A DNA stretch of 64,000 nt from Eukaryota sp. GEM-RC1 (taxonomy: Eukaryota), in assembly GCA_040285855.1 (NCBI GenBank), contig JAUFOQ010000002.1:124001-188000 (forward strand), read 5' to 3'. Of this stretch, positions 1 to 12,250 are shown in pieces. Under the pieces are notes generated by a model. That model saw only the letters and a list, made by a program, of their open reading frames with translations, did not search any database and was not told the origin of the DNA. The translations under genes were made by a program, and so were the position numbers. The stretch's first letter is position 1. Each line of letters opens with the position of its first letter.

Positions 1-506
1 ATATTGAAAAGATCAATATAAATGAAACCTGTATGAGCATCATCTCGATGAGAAACTCTAGCGGCATATAGTGAAACAGAAAGAGTTGAAGTTATTGATA
101 TGAACAGAGCAGGAATGACGTGACGAGAAGGACTCATTCTAAGAAAATTGAAGGAGCTTAGTAGAAACAAGACGAAGAAGCAGATAAGTATGAATTGAAG
201 AGCTAAAGGGATTTCATTACAAACCAGTATGATTTTGAGGAACTCCGGCGGATCTGAGGGATCTGATACAGGAAAAATTATGGTATAGGCACGGATAAAC
301 ATTACAGAAGCACCGATCAACATAAAGAGAGTTTCATAAGATAAACGGCCAGACTTCGAAGGATATAGGAGAGTACGAAGTACGGTGTATAAGCCAAGCG
401 CAAAATACTCGAGAAATACAACGAGCAATATGATTCTATACTTGGAATCAGGAAAATAGGATAGAGATGGACATTCACCTCGTAGGAGAAGCGTTAAATC
501 AGACAT
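1..506 (-). CDS. Multi-pass membrane protein, 5' part (runs off window start)
   Basis: Manual translation from ATG 506 (MSDLTLLLRGECPSLSYFPDSKYRIILLVVFLEYFALGLY...) is open to position 1, with several hydrophobic segments. It is absent from the ORF track because its stop lies outside the window. Confidence 0.7.
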   Translation of the reverse strand, partial: MSDLTLLLRGECPSLSYFPDSKYRIILLVVFLEYFALGLYTVLRTLLYPSKSGRLSYETLFMLIGASVMFIRAYTIIFPVSDPSDPPEFLKIILVCNEIPLALQFILICFFVLFLLSSFNFLRMSPSRHVIPALFISITSTLSVSLYAARVSHRDDAHTGFIYIDLFN

Positions 507-634
507 CAGCTAATAGCTTATGGATAGTGTTGTAATTTGAGTCGACTGTGAAAACTCTTGACTTGACACAACTCATGAGTTTGTCATACATGTACTACAA
601 CTTTAATTAATTGTCGTTATTTTATTCATCTACA

Positions 635-1290
635 TGTAGTAATTCATGATAGTGTACGTGATTCTTGTTATTCCATGTTTAAAGCACATGGTTTTCACTC
701 TAAAGTTGAACCAGTTTTGAATCACCTTTCAGAAAATGAATTTACAGATCAAAAACAGGGGATCACCATACTCCGTGGCCTAAATCGAGTGAATCATAAA
801 TGTATTTTACTACAGTAGATGTTTGTAACAAATCTTTTGTTAGTAGGATATTAGATTCTTCTTTTAATCCGTTAACAGCTGCTGAAGAGCTCAAACACTC
901 CAAGTATGACTCTCAAGTAGAAGAATTAAATCGAAACTCATATTCCAAATTTGTGTTTCAACCTTTGCTGTTTCTCTTTTTGGATCGATTAGTCCTGTTG
1001 GTGATCAATATTTCAAGGATTTCGATGAACTGTGTAAAGAAAAGGAGCGTAAGTTTAGAATGGCTGAATGGAAAAACCGTATAGTGTTTTGCACACATCG
1101 GAATATGCATTTATATTTCTCTCGATTAATTGAGAAATTGTACAAGTTTGGTGTGAATGTTAATGTTGAAAAACGGAATCTCTTACCGGGTGGTGATGAA
1201 GTCGTTTGGATTTAATCTTAGTATTATTTGTTTGTTTTTGCAATTTCATAGATTTGTACGAAGGTTACCTTCTTGGGCACCGAATAAAAT
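635..1290 (+). mobile_element. Degenerate 3' fragment of CRE-like non-LTR retrotransposon (REL endonuclease region plus 3' UTR)
   Basis: Near-identical to 25960-26408 (HDxVRD...RGD...DxTTVD...FQPFA), with frameshifts. Confidence 0.8.
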
Positions 1291-1329
1291 TTAGGTTACA
1301 ACTCTATTTTTATTTGTAGATGTTAAATG

Positions 1330-1976
1330 ATAATTACCTGGCATTTCTGCAAACTACTCTAACACCATATCAGCCATCGGAAATAAATGGTGTGGTCAAT
1401 TTGTTTAAATTCCTTTTGTCTAGTAGAATGTCAGAATGTACTCTGCTGTGATAAATACAATTTGTTTCTATTCGAACAACTAACGCGCATGGATGAACAG
1501 TACTCCTCTAATAATCAAGATCCTATTTGTAAATTGTAAACTGCAGGAATTAGGGTTATATCATCAGGAAATCGATTAACAAACTCAAAAAGACAATTTA
1601 TTCCACCCACTAGAAATCAGACCTACAAAGAATGGCCGATTTGCTACGAACAAATACCAATGAAATGAGTTCAGATAGACAGGTGTTTTCCCAACAATGA
1701 ATCTGCCTCTACCAATGATTCGGATATATTAAACCTCGATTCATTTAAAGATCTACAAAAATCAGAGAAAATGATGGATCGACTTTAAACAGATTTTCGA
1801 CTTAAAACCTAGTAATGTTTTTCAATATAATACAAAATGTTGTTAATTTTCATTTGTCTCAGTTTAACACCGACTCAAATGTTTCAATAATAGCAGCAAC
1901 TTCCACTACTATTTTTTGAATAAATCTAGGAGACCTATAACGGAGATATCATCCATAAAACCACCCTCAATGCTGT
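1330..1976 (-). mobile_element. Degenerate non-LTR reverse transcriptase fragment
   Basis: Minus strand near 1935-1975 reads IEGGFMDDISVIG (YxDD-like); many stops. Confidence 0.55.
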
Positions 1977-1980
1977 AGGT

Positions 1981-2228
1981 TGTTACCACTAAGCTAATAG
2001 CGCTATTAGCTTAGTGGTAACAAAAGGTTTGCGGGTGCCCTTCGTCGGGTCTTTCTTACGCTACCAGCTTAGCAGTACCTCCAGGAAATAGCTCACCTCT
2101 GTGTGGTCCATGTTTTAGGACATACTATTACTTGTTCGACCTCACCCGGACTCGAACCTTCGACCTTCGAAGACCAGCAAACCTTTTGTTACCACTAAGC
2201 TAATAGCGCTATTAGTTTAGTGGTAACA
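1981..2228. mobile_element. 248-bp non-autonomous element with palindromic TG..CA termini, 52-bp TIRs, 4-bp TSD and tRNA-like A/B boxes
   Basis: TSD AGGT at 1977-1980 and 2229-2232. TIRs 1981-2032 and 2177-2228 (1 mismatch). 1981-2022 is a perfect 42-bp palindrome. Minus-strand TAGCTTAGTGG (2202-2192) and GGTTCGAGTCC (2158-2148). Confidence 0.85.
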
Positions 2229-2276
2229 AGGTCTGGATTTTTGTTTTTGTAACTTTACATCACTTACTTATATCGA

Positions 2277-3623
2277 ATGTATCCCGATTCTGTCCTTATC
2301 AGTTCTCACAGTTTGCCAACATGTCGAGAAACTGCTTCTCTCATGGCTGCTGTTAAGTCCAAGCGTGGAGCTTCTTTGTTTTCTGTAGTCACCAACCTGA
2401 CTAATACTGTTGTATGTTAGTCAATCTCAGCTAATATAAGGTAGGTGCTGGTGTTCTTACTCTACCACTTGCTTTTAGAAATGCTTCAGCTGGTCTCGCA
2501 ATAATTCTATTAGTTTACGTCTGTATATCTGCTTCGCTCTCCATGATCTTCCTAGCTTTCTGTTCTGCTCTTACTGGACACTATTCATACAAAAGAATCG
2601 CTCAAGAAGCTTATGGGCTCAAAGTTGGTGCTGTTTCGGAGATTGTAGTGAGCATAACTACTTGCGGAACTTGTACAATGTTTGTGGTCCTCTTAGGGGA
2701 TTTTTCTTCCTTCTCTAACAACTGAATTACTTCCACAATCTCTACCTTGGTTTTTCTTTAATAGAACATGTCTTTTGGTTGCAGTAGCTCTCCTTGTTCT
2801 CTATCCCCTCGCTTTATTACGCAAGATTGATGCCTTGAAGTTCTCATCCACTATCGCAATGACGTGCTTTCTTTATTTAGTTTTTGTAGTTACGTATAGA
2901 TTCATGACTAATACTTATCCAAAACCAGTTGATAATCATTTTGATTGGATTCGATTCTCGCATGATATTGCTTTGGCTATACCCTTAATGAGCGTATGTT
3001 TAATTGTCTTATAGATCTCAACTTAGGTGTCTTTTAATGGACATTACAACGTTCTAAACCTTTATAAGGAGCTGTCGAATCGTAGTATGAAGCGATTCAC
3101 AAAAGCTGTTGTTGCATCTTCAACGTTTTCTCTTTTGTTTTATACTTTAATAGGTTTTGTAGGTTATTATTGTTTTAGAGGAGATACTATGGGAAATATT
3201 GTGAATAATTATGCTCAGAATGATCTTCTAGCTATCATTGCTAGAGTTGGAGTGTCGATAACAGTGACGTTTAGTTTCCCAATGGCTTTCTTTGCCTTTA
3301 GGAAGAGTATGGAGAATAATATTTTCTCAAAGCCTTCCGATTCATTCAAAAGACAATGGTTCATGTCTACCGTTCTAGTCTCTGCATTGGTCTCTCTTGC
3401 TGTTCTTGAGGATCGTATAGAGAACGTTGTGAGATTGTCTGGGAGCTCAGGAGCGATGTTCGTTGTATTCATATTACCAGCGGTGTTTTACCTGAAACTT
3501 TCTAGAGTATTGGAGTTTACTTGGAAAATACGGTTGATGCGGTTCACAGCCTGGACCAACATTATAGCTGGTTTTGTGTTCATGATTTTTGGTATGAGGT
3601 ATGCACTGCAAGCATTTTGTTGA
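2277..3623 (+). CDS. Amino acid transporter (Aa_trans / AVT / SLC38-like)
   Basis: Spliced NLTNTV-VGAGVLTLPLAF motif and many TM helices. Introns at 2412-2440 and 2994-3026; one extra T in a T-run near 2703. Start is 2277 or 2343. Confidence 0.88.
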
Positions 3624-3819
3624 CAATTCTCTTAATTTATTGATTCTAAAAGATCGTTGAGAAAAGACTTTGTTTTTGTATTTCGACTGTTAGATGAATC
3701 TAAAAGAACAATACTAGTGTGCCTTCAGCATTTTCTTGATTAAACAGGGGTTTTATCAATATTAATATTTATTCATCGCCATTAAATCAAAGATGACGCT
3801 TACCTAAGACTATATGTAG

Positions 3820-4492
3820 CAGTGATGTACAAAAATAGTAGCCGTAAATACGGTACCTTTGTAAGTTTGCCGTAAATTATTTCCGTATTTTTACAGTTTC
3901 CGTATTTTACGGCAAGTTTGAAACGAAGTGAGAATACGCGAAATACGGAAAAATATTTTAATAATTGAAACTACAAAAACTAAGAGCAAATACAGATCAA
4001 AACCGTGATCCATCACTAATCAGAATCGGTATGTTAATGTTCCCTGAATGACTTGCATGCAGAACCGTTTCAACAGTGTCCAGCAGTTTCTATGTAGAGA
4101 AGAAAAAGTAGAAAGTTTAAGGGTAAGCTTAAAAGTCTCCACTTCAAACGATGACTATGATCAACATAATACGGTTTTTCAAGTTGGCTTAGCAGGATTA
4201 TCACATTTGATTAATAAAAACAATAAGGTTGTACCAACTTCTAAGTATTTCAGCTCTTGTCATGTATCGGACCCAGTCATTTTTCTTCTTTTTAAGTACT
4301 AGGGCAACATAGAATGGCGCAGTTTTTACAGAACTGATCAAAACGAACAAGAATGCGGGGTATACAAAAGAGTATTTTATATTCTCACTACGGTAACATT
4401 TGCCGTAAATAATCTCCGTATTTTTACATTTACCGTATTTTACGGTAGTGTACGGCAAATAGTATACGGTACGCTATTTTTGTACATCACTG
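3820..4492. mobile_element. Non-autonomous hAT-type element (MITE)
   Basis: Perfect 19-bp TIR CAGTGATGTACAAAAATAG; 8-bp TSD ATATGTAG (3812-3819, 4493-4500); dense subterminal CCGTA/TACGG motifs. Confidence 0.92.
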
Positions 4493-5099
4493 ATATGTAG
4501 TTTCGATTGAAACAAACACAATTGTCATGACAACTGATAAGTTCTCCCACTACTTCCTTGAACTTTACTGTTGATTATAGATTGTATGTTTAACTTCCTC
4601 TATAATCCTCTGCTCTACAAACTCACTAATATCAGTCATTGTGTAAGAGGTAAAGTCAACACTACTAGTACTTACGTTACAACAAATCTGTCCATCAGGA
4701 ATCACAGGAATCTCTAGAATTATGCTGGCTAAAGAGGGTCGTATTATTAGTAATTGAATGCTACAAAAAAACAAATAGAGAATCGCTCTTTCATTATCGC
4801 AACCCCCTTATTATTTACAAAGCATTGATTGTATTGAGGGAAACAATACAATCATACCACCTTCTGTGGTTGTAATGAAGCCATGTTTGTTACTACTCTT
4901 CCTACTAAACATAAACATGATTGTTGACACCGATAGAAGTTTTGAAATTGACAGTGTTAGAAAAAATAGACTGGATTTGTTTTTCAGTTTTACCCCTACA
5001 TGTACTACAGTAGTTTATATATCCTGTAAAAAGCGGAAAATAATAAAGCTAATTGAAATACATGTCATTGTCTTTGTAAGTTGAGATGCCAGAAACACA

Positions 5100-6000
5100 A
5101 CTTTATTCGCTTTCCAAAAACGTAACCTTTCTACAAAAATATGAATTTGTAAAAAGAAACAAATTAAACTAAGACTAAATCCAAACGACGTCATCCCTAT
5201 CCGGTAAAAGATTACGTTTTTCTACATTAACTTTCACACCAAACTTGTACAGTTTCTCAATTATTCGAGAGAAATAGAAAGGAATATTCCTATAAATAGA
5301 AAACACTATACGGTTTTTCCATTCAGACATTCTAAACTTACGCTTCTTTTCTTTGCAAAGTTCTTCAAAATCCTTGAAAAACTAGCAGGACTAATTGATC
5401 CAAGAAGAGAAACAGCAAAGGGTGAAACACAAATTTGGAATACGATTTTCACTTCAGTTCTTCTACTTGAGAGCATACCTGAATAGTACAATCTTATTAT
5501 AATTTTTTTTGCATCAAATAGTCTCATGTTTTTAATTTATTTGTTTTTGTATTATAAATGTATAAGATCAAACAACTCATGTTTTGTATTTTTAGTATTT
5601 TATATACTAGTAAGTTGTGTACTGCAACTGAAAGACTGATATATTGTAGTGTCAATGTTGCTGTTAGTTTCAACATACAATAAGCAACACATATGTGTTC
5701 TCTAAATAACAATGGCAGAAACATTAAACGAATAAACAAATTTAATCTATTGTTTTAAGTAAGTACTTTTTGTATTTTTTGTATTGTATTAGATCAGGTT
5801 GTATGTTTCAGGTATGCTTGAGAGTCATACTTGGAATGCTTGAGTTTTTCAGCAGCTGTTAACAGATTAAGACAAGAATCTGATATTCTACTAACACAAA
5901 ATTTGTTACAAACATCTGCTGTGGTAAAATCCATTACTGATTGACTCGGATTTAAGCCACGGAATATGATGGTCCTCCACTTTTGATGTGAAAATTCAAA
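5100..6000 (-). mobile_element. Degenerate CRE-like non-LTR 3' fragments
   Basis: 5815-6000 (MDFTTADVCNK...AAEKLKHSKYDSQ) and 5100-5440 (PFAVSLLGSISPA) match the 635-1290 and 25834-26408 copies; unrelated sequence separates the two pieces. Confidence 0.75.
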
Positions 6001-6336
6001 CCAGAAATAAGTCCAGTGATACGAGAACAAACTTTCAGCACATAGTGTTACCAAAACCACCACAAAAAAGAAATGAAAACCATAAGAAAACACAGGGCTG
6101 TGTCAAATTTGAGCCGCAACAACTCGTTCAATATGGCCGAATTATACATTAGTTGTCGTAAGAAACAACTCTATATTATCTGGTTGAATCGTATTGTCTT
6201 TACAGTCCGAAAATTCTGGTTTTGATTACTTTTAGCTCTAGCGATTCCGCAACTCTACTAGTATATATGTATAAATATTACTATACTATTCAATGGGCCT
6301 TCAAATATCAAACAGATTTACATTAGAAAAGTACAA

Positions 6337-7595
6337 TTAGAATGAAGTTTCTAAGATTGTAGCAATAACTTCATCAGTAACTTCGCAAGGGCATAAAGCT
6401 AACAAACCGTCCATTCCAGGACATTTACGAGTCATTTCGACCAACTCGGGAATTTGTTCTTTCTTAAATCCAACACTAGTGAGAGTTTCAGTCATTCCTA
6501 AGTTCTCCATCCAAGCTCTCAAGGCCTTAGAAGCAGCATCAGCTTCATCAGGAGCACCAGAAAAAGAATCACCGAGGATTGGCTTGAACACAAAAGAGAG
6601 AATTCCACCAGTGGCTGGCCAAATGTGCTTCATAACAGAAGGCATGATCAAACTGAGACCAAGTCCATGAGCTAAATCGGGAATCTTGGCAGACAGAGAA
6701 TGCTCGATTGCATGAGTAGCATGTAACAAAGACTCGTTGAAAGACATTCCAGCAGCAGCAGCTGAAAACATCAACCAATATCTGGCTTCAAGATTGGTGA
6801 GATCCTTAAGAGCAACGGGGAGATACTTAGCAGTAAGACGGACACAGTCTTGAGACAAAGAACCAGAGAAAGGAGTTCTAACAGTAGTTGTACAGGATTC
6901 CATGATGTGATTCAACAAATCAAGAGCAGTGTAAAGAGTCTGAGACCAGGGAAGAGTCGTCAATAAAGCGGGATCGTCAATCGAATAAATGGGATGGATT
7001 ACCTTGCTAGCCAGTGCAGGCTTGACTGGAGGATCTTGCTTCAAAAGAGAAACGACAGCGAACCTTTGGTGAGAGAATCATCTGAACATACATATCACAC
7101 TCAGTGCCGGTTCCTGAAGTGAGATTTACTGCAACAAGCTTGGCGGCTCGTTCGGCAGTGAACTCATGCATGTAGAGTTCTTCCACGGTCTTGTCATTGT
7201 GTTCAAGCAAAACAGCAATAGACTTCGCAGCATCAAGGGGGAGATCCTCCACCAATGCCAACAATAACAAAGTTTTCGTCGTAGACATCGGAAAACAATT
7301 TTACCGCATCAGTGACATTCGTTTCAGTGGGGTTAGCTACAACTTGGTCAAACATCTTGTAGGGGATATTTCTTTCCTGAATCATAGGTTCAATGGCAGC
7401 CCAACATCCACTGATCTTGTAAGCACCTTTAGAGCAAACAAAACCGATGCCAGAAGGCTTGAGATCATCGAGAATATCAGCAAACTTTTGGATTGCGCCT
7501 ACCCCTAGAAAACACCCTTTGGAAGTTCCATAAGTGAGAGTAACGACGTTGTTGATATCAAACTGACTTTCGTAAGTGTATTCAGAAACAGTCAT
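6337..7595 (-). CDS. Iron-containing (type III) alcohol dehydrogenase, prokaryote-like
   Basis: GGGSP(L)D and NLTSGTGTE motifs, D-x-x-N-H, HATHAIEH and HGLGL metal-ligand motifs. Intron 7064-7091 restores TECDMFAVVS; extra C in a C-run near 7240. Confidence 0.9.
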
Positions 7596-7864
7596 TGTTG
7601 GAGGATTGTACTTTTGTAAATCGCCACGAATTTAAGAGAGGGCTCGACCAAAAATCAAAATTTCTGATCAGAAACTGAATGTGCTTTTCATTGGGCAAGA
7701 ATGTCACCCCTAGATTTGTTCCCCGTGTTTCAACTGACTAACATAGTGCACAACTACTTCTCAACTACACTCTTCACAACAATTAGTCTGAATCACTTAT
7801 TAGTCTGAATCTTCTTTTTTGACTGACAAGTTTTATTGACAACAACACTACAGTATTCATACAT

Positions 7865-8890
7865 CTAATAATCAATATCCTCAAAGTCCAGATTGCCTAA
7901 CTGGAAATTTTCACCTACCTTATCCTCATAATGTCTGCCAAGAGATAATAAAGCGCTAGATACAGAAGTCACCATTCCTTTAAAGATAGCAAACACAATT
8001 CGACTTTTCCAAAATCTAAGATCAAAAGTCCTAGTTGTTTTTTCTTTAACAATCTTCACAAAGATTTCAAGTAATGATGATGCAGATTCACCTAAAGAAC
8101 CGTACAGTGAAAATACAAAAGGGTACAACAAGTAATTCGAGTGTGAAGCCGAATTCAATAATTTCAATTGAGCACAATGATATTGCATTTTAAATTTTTC
8201 ACCAATCAACAAGGGGTTTTGAGCATTAGATTTAGCAAGTTTCTTGTTGGAACCATTACAAACGTCGATAGACATAACATCAGCAATAATGAAAGAACCA
8301 TCGAGACCAGGAAATATGACATCACCACGGCTTTTTCCAAACGAATTGTCAACATCTGTATCATCAACCAAACCAGCCAAAACTGGTTCTAAAAAGGAAA
8401 CTATTCCATAAGATTTACACATACAATATAATTGATCCCTTACTGAATCATGAACCTTACTTTTAAAAGAAATACAACGGTTACAATTCAATAAATGTGT
8501 AGGTGTTACAGATTGTACACTTTGACATATCAAATTATATGGAAGGTTATCAGTCAAATATATGACCGTAAACGCATATTTAATGAACAATCATTATGAC
8601 CAAAAAAGAGACCGTAAAATTGAGGGATTTGAGTAATCAGACATGAATTATATGGAAGGTTATCAGTCAAATATATGACCGTAAACGCATGTTTAATGAA
8701 CAATAATTATGACCAAAAAAAGAGACCGTAAAATTGAGGGATTTGAGTAATCAGACATGAAGCAGAGCTATTAGAAACATCCATTAAAAAATCGCAAAAG
8801 CGGGATTGTTACCCTTGACCATGCTAAGTCGAACATTATAACCAAGCTTTCAAAATATTTCTTAGTTTCTATTGTAATTTGTTCAGAAAA
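7865..8890 (-). mobile_element. CRE-like non-LTR retrotransposon 3' fragment (zinc knuckle + REL endonuclease)
   Basis: C..C...HLLNC...HDSVRD...RGD...IADV...K motif set. Confidence 0.8.
8533..8760. repeat. About 113-bp tandem duplication inside non-LTR fragment
   Basis: 8533-8645 is repeated at 8646-8760 with a few differences. Confidence 0.9.
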
Positions 8891-9584
8891 TACTGAAGAT
8901 TAGTCATACCGTCAGTCATTCATCCTTCTAATTGAATATATGTATTCTCTGAATGAGTATTCAATTTAATTTGATAAGAAGACAGACATCCAGTTCCGTT
9001 TGATTCATGGGGGCGATAAGTGAATCAAATACTCACCCAATGAAGATCACCTCACCTGTCTCCCCCCAACAGAATATATCGGGTGACCGCGGGTGAAATT
9101 CTAATTTGGTTGGGTCACCCCACTCATCTCACGTGAACTTTTTGATGGAAAATGGATGAAATTTGTTCCTTTGTAGTCGGATTTTAAGTCTGGATAAAAA
9201 AGTCATTTAACAGTCTTGTAGTTTTGATAATAGATAGTACTAGTATCAACTGGAGCATTAACTTAAAAGCAAATTGTAGAAAATACCACTAACTTTGTAA
9301 CATGTTTCGAGTAATACAGGTCTTAATCAGGTGAGCATAAATCCGGGTCACAACAGGTGAAATTTGAAAAAGTCGAGTGAGGTGACGTTCAGTCGATGAA
9401 ACGGGAACTCTATTTTACAGTTCTACAATCAGATCACGGCAAAAGAAGTTTTTTAAGATGTTCTAATAGTCAATTTTTAAACCAAATATGAATTATATTG
9501 TTAGGCAGCTTCAAAACCACTTAAACCTATTTAATTCACAGTTCACCAATAGACCTACTACTTGATTCAGTCAATCAATTAAAA

Positions 9585-9980
9585 AGGGCTCAAGAACGTA
9601 AACAAATGTGACAAAAACTTGGTACAAAAAAGAATATCCATGTCAGATGATTTAAACTGTTTAACAACTTTGCAAAATTCCAACTTCAACTTGTTTACTT
9701 GAACTGTAGGTATTCTTCTTTCAAACACTGGTTTTGAATTTTAAAAAAATAAAAATTCAAATTCCATGGGAAGAGAATTCCAATAAATGAAGTTCCCAGA
9801 ACATTTCGAGAACTTTGAAAAATCATAACTAGTATAAAGAATGTTTGAAAATAGTTCAAAATTTGAAATATCGAGATTATTAGTATCCAAGCAGGCTATT
9901 ACCATTCATTTGACTCAGAAGTGAATGATATGCCAACACTAAGGATGTTTGTCCCCACATTGGGAGTGGTCGGTCAATCA
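9585..9980 (-). pseudogene. Diverged duplicate of the 3' coding part of the large gene (12736-13133)
   Basis: Direct-orientation alignment, e.g. agggctcaagaacgtaaacaaatgtg ... cattgggagtggtcggtcaatca. Confidence 0.9.
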
Positions 9981-9981
9981 C

Positions 9982-10539
9982 ATGTCCAACAGAAATTCTT
10001 GTTACGGTTGCCACAAAGTCTTGAGTCGCAAAACATCATTGGGCTATCACCTCAGAGTGTGCACAGAGCTGAATGACAGCCCTAACTACCGCTATCAGTG
10101 TGGTGTAGAAGGATGTGATTTCCTATCTTTCGGTATGTATTCATTTGTACTAACTACAGGAAAAGGACGCATGTGGGGTCACCTTGGCTTCCACCGTGTC
10201 ATCAAAGATCACGCTGACCTCCCACTTCACCAAAGAACCTGTATCGACCTCGATACAGGTCGGACATTGATGCATCCTTCTACCAAGCAAAAAGTCTACG
10301 AGTATAGATGCGAAGTGGAAGGATGTGAATACAAAGTAAGAGTATTGTACTTACTGCTGTTTTTACTTACTACAAAAATACACGAGATGTGGTATCACCT
10401 CGGCTTTTTCCCAAGCAATATCTACAAGAAACATGTTTCTTTGCGTGCTGATGAAAGAACGTGCATCAAGCTGGCTACGGGTGAGACAGTAGTCCATCGA
10501 ACTGCTTGGCTTGCTATGATGCAGAAGCAAATCCTATAA
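9982..10539 (+). CDS. C2H2-type zinc finger protein with an internal repeat
   Basis: CYGC-x12-H-x3-C finger plus two C-x4-C-x12-H repeats once intron 10133-10159 and insert 10342-10374 are removed. Confidence 0.7.
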   Translation: MSNRNSCYGCHKVLSRKTSLGYHLRVCTELNDSPNYRYQCGVEGCDFLSFGMYSFVLTTGKGRMWGHLGFHRVIKDHADLPLHQRTCIDLDTGRTLMHPSTKQKVYEYRCEVEGCEYKVRVLYLLLFLLTTKIHEMWYHLGFFPSNIYKKHVSLRADERTCIKLATGETVVHRTAWLAMMQKQIL

Positions 10540-11384
10540 TAGTCTTCTAGTTTAATTTTGAACTGTAATTCTCCATAAAAATAAAATCAAAAAGAGACCA
10601 TTTTTGAAATTGGATTGGAAAACACCATGTTGTTTATCTACAATACTTCTTTCAAATTTGAATTTTCATTTGGTTTTGACATCAAATCACGATAATGAAA
10701 GCAAAATATATTATTGACTTGGTATTTAGTTGATTTGGTAGTTGTTGTTAGTCAGATTCTAAGTAATGGAACTTTCTTCCACTACAATTCTGAATCAGCA
10801 GATATGACCAAAAAAATGGCATTGTCAAATTTGTACCAATAGGTCAAAATCTCGCAGATTTCTCTAGTAACAAGATGTCTGTTTTTGACAAACCTGCGAG
10901 GTCTACAGTGTATTTTGAGACAACAATAAAGACAATGTTGGATATACAACTTGTTGTTGATTGTATCGCATTCTAGAGGTGATTTACAAAACGAGAGTAG
11001 GCTCGTGATTGGATTCGCTTTCAAAAAAAACGTACATGTCGAGACCTTTTTCTTTGCACTAGTGCTGCTCTACACTGTTTATTTATTCAGCTAGTCTACA
11101 TCCCTACATTACCTTCAAACATTGTGATTTAAAATACAAATTGTATTTTAATGTATGGGGCGGGCTAAAAAGGTGAAATTATTGACACAAATTTCATTTG
11201 ACTAACTAGGTGAAATAAACTGCTAAAAAGGTCAAATCTGTGGACTGAATCTTGATCAGTTACTACATGCACTGCTACAACACATCACTCACAACTACAT
11301 TCATTTTTGAACTCTTTACATCTCTTACAATGCTTTGCAGCATTATGTCCATATAGTATTTTAAAAATACAGTAAAAAACGGGG

Positions 11385-11945
11385 TTTATGAGCAATCAGT
11401 AAATAACTAACAGACACTAACTAAAGCATCTAAACTATAATCCTTCTGTTTTGGAAATTGATCGTGAATTACAAGGATCAACAGTTGTGAAATCCATGAT
11501 AATTTCCTGACAAGCTAACCAAGGACCAATCAAATCACCACGACTTCTATCAACTTTTGGCTGATCAGAAAGATTAGCAAGTAAAGGTTCAATTTTTCCA
11601 TGAAAACCATTAGCCTTAAACATATCCAAACATGTATCCCGGATACTGTTGTGAATATTTGATTTAAAATGAATAAATTGATGACAGTCAACTAAATGAT
11701 GAAAATTTGAAGCCTTTGAACGACCACAAAGACATGGAGAATGCTTCAAAAGACCTAAAGGCCATAAACCTAACCTAAGTCTCATGTTTATAAGCCATTC
11801 ATGATCCTTAAGATTAAAACAAAATTTTCTTGGCAAACGAGAAACAAATGAAGACACAGTTCTTGAAGAAATACCATTCAAAAAAAGCACAAAAAGCGGG
11901 ACTCTTAGTCTTAGCCAAGCTAATACGGTTCTTAAAGTCCAAGCA
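11385..11945 (-). mobile_element. CRE-like non-LTR 3' fragment with internal deletion
   Basis: RLRLGL..CLC..HHLVDC..HNSIRD..RGD..MDFTTVD; its 3' end matches 27480-27570. Confidence 0.8.
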
Positions 11946-12086
11946 AAATACAGTAAAATACTATTATTCCAACCTCTCTATGATGTAGTCTTAACACTGC
12001 ATAGCGTTACCCTCTATATAGCGTTATTTTTCCACCCACACGACATTTTTTCCGGAACGACAATCTGTTTGTCTCTGTTATGAGTG

Positions 12087-12250
12087 TTGTACTTTTGTAA
12101 ATCGCCACGAATTTAAGAGAGAACTCGACCAAAAATCACAATTTCTGATCAGAAACTGAACGTGCTTTTCATTGGGACAAAAATGTCACCCCTAGATTTG
12201 TTCCCCGTGTTTCAACTGACTAACATAGTGCACAGCTACTTTCCAACTAC
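12087..12250 (-). repeat. Duplicate of the ADH upstream region (7606-7768)
   Basis: ttgtacttttgtaaatcgccacgaatttaagagag ... aacatagtgcaca is present at both loci. Confidence 0.9.

Noticed and set aside
2130..2210. Functional tRNA gene on the minus strand
   Set aside because: A and B boxes are present but acceptor and anticodon stems do not pair; treated as tRNA-derived.
8991..9410. Possible degraded MITE with CACC/GGTG motifs
   Set aside because: Termini are only loosely inverted and no TSD was found.
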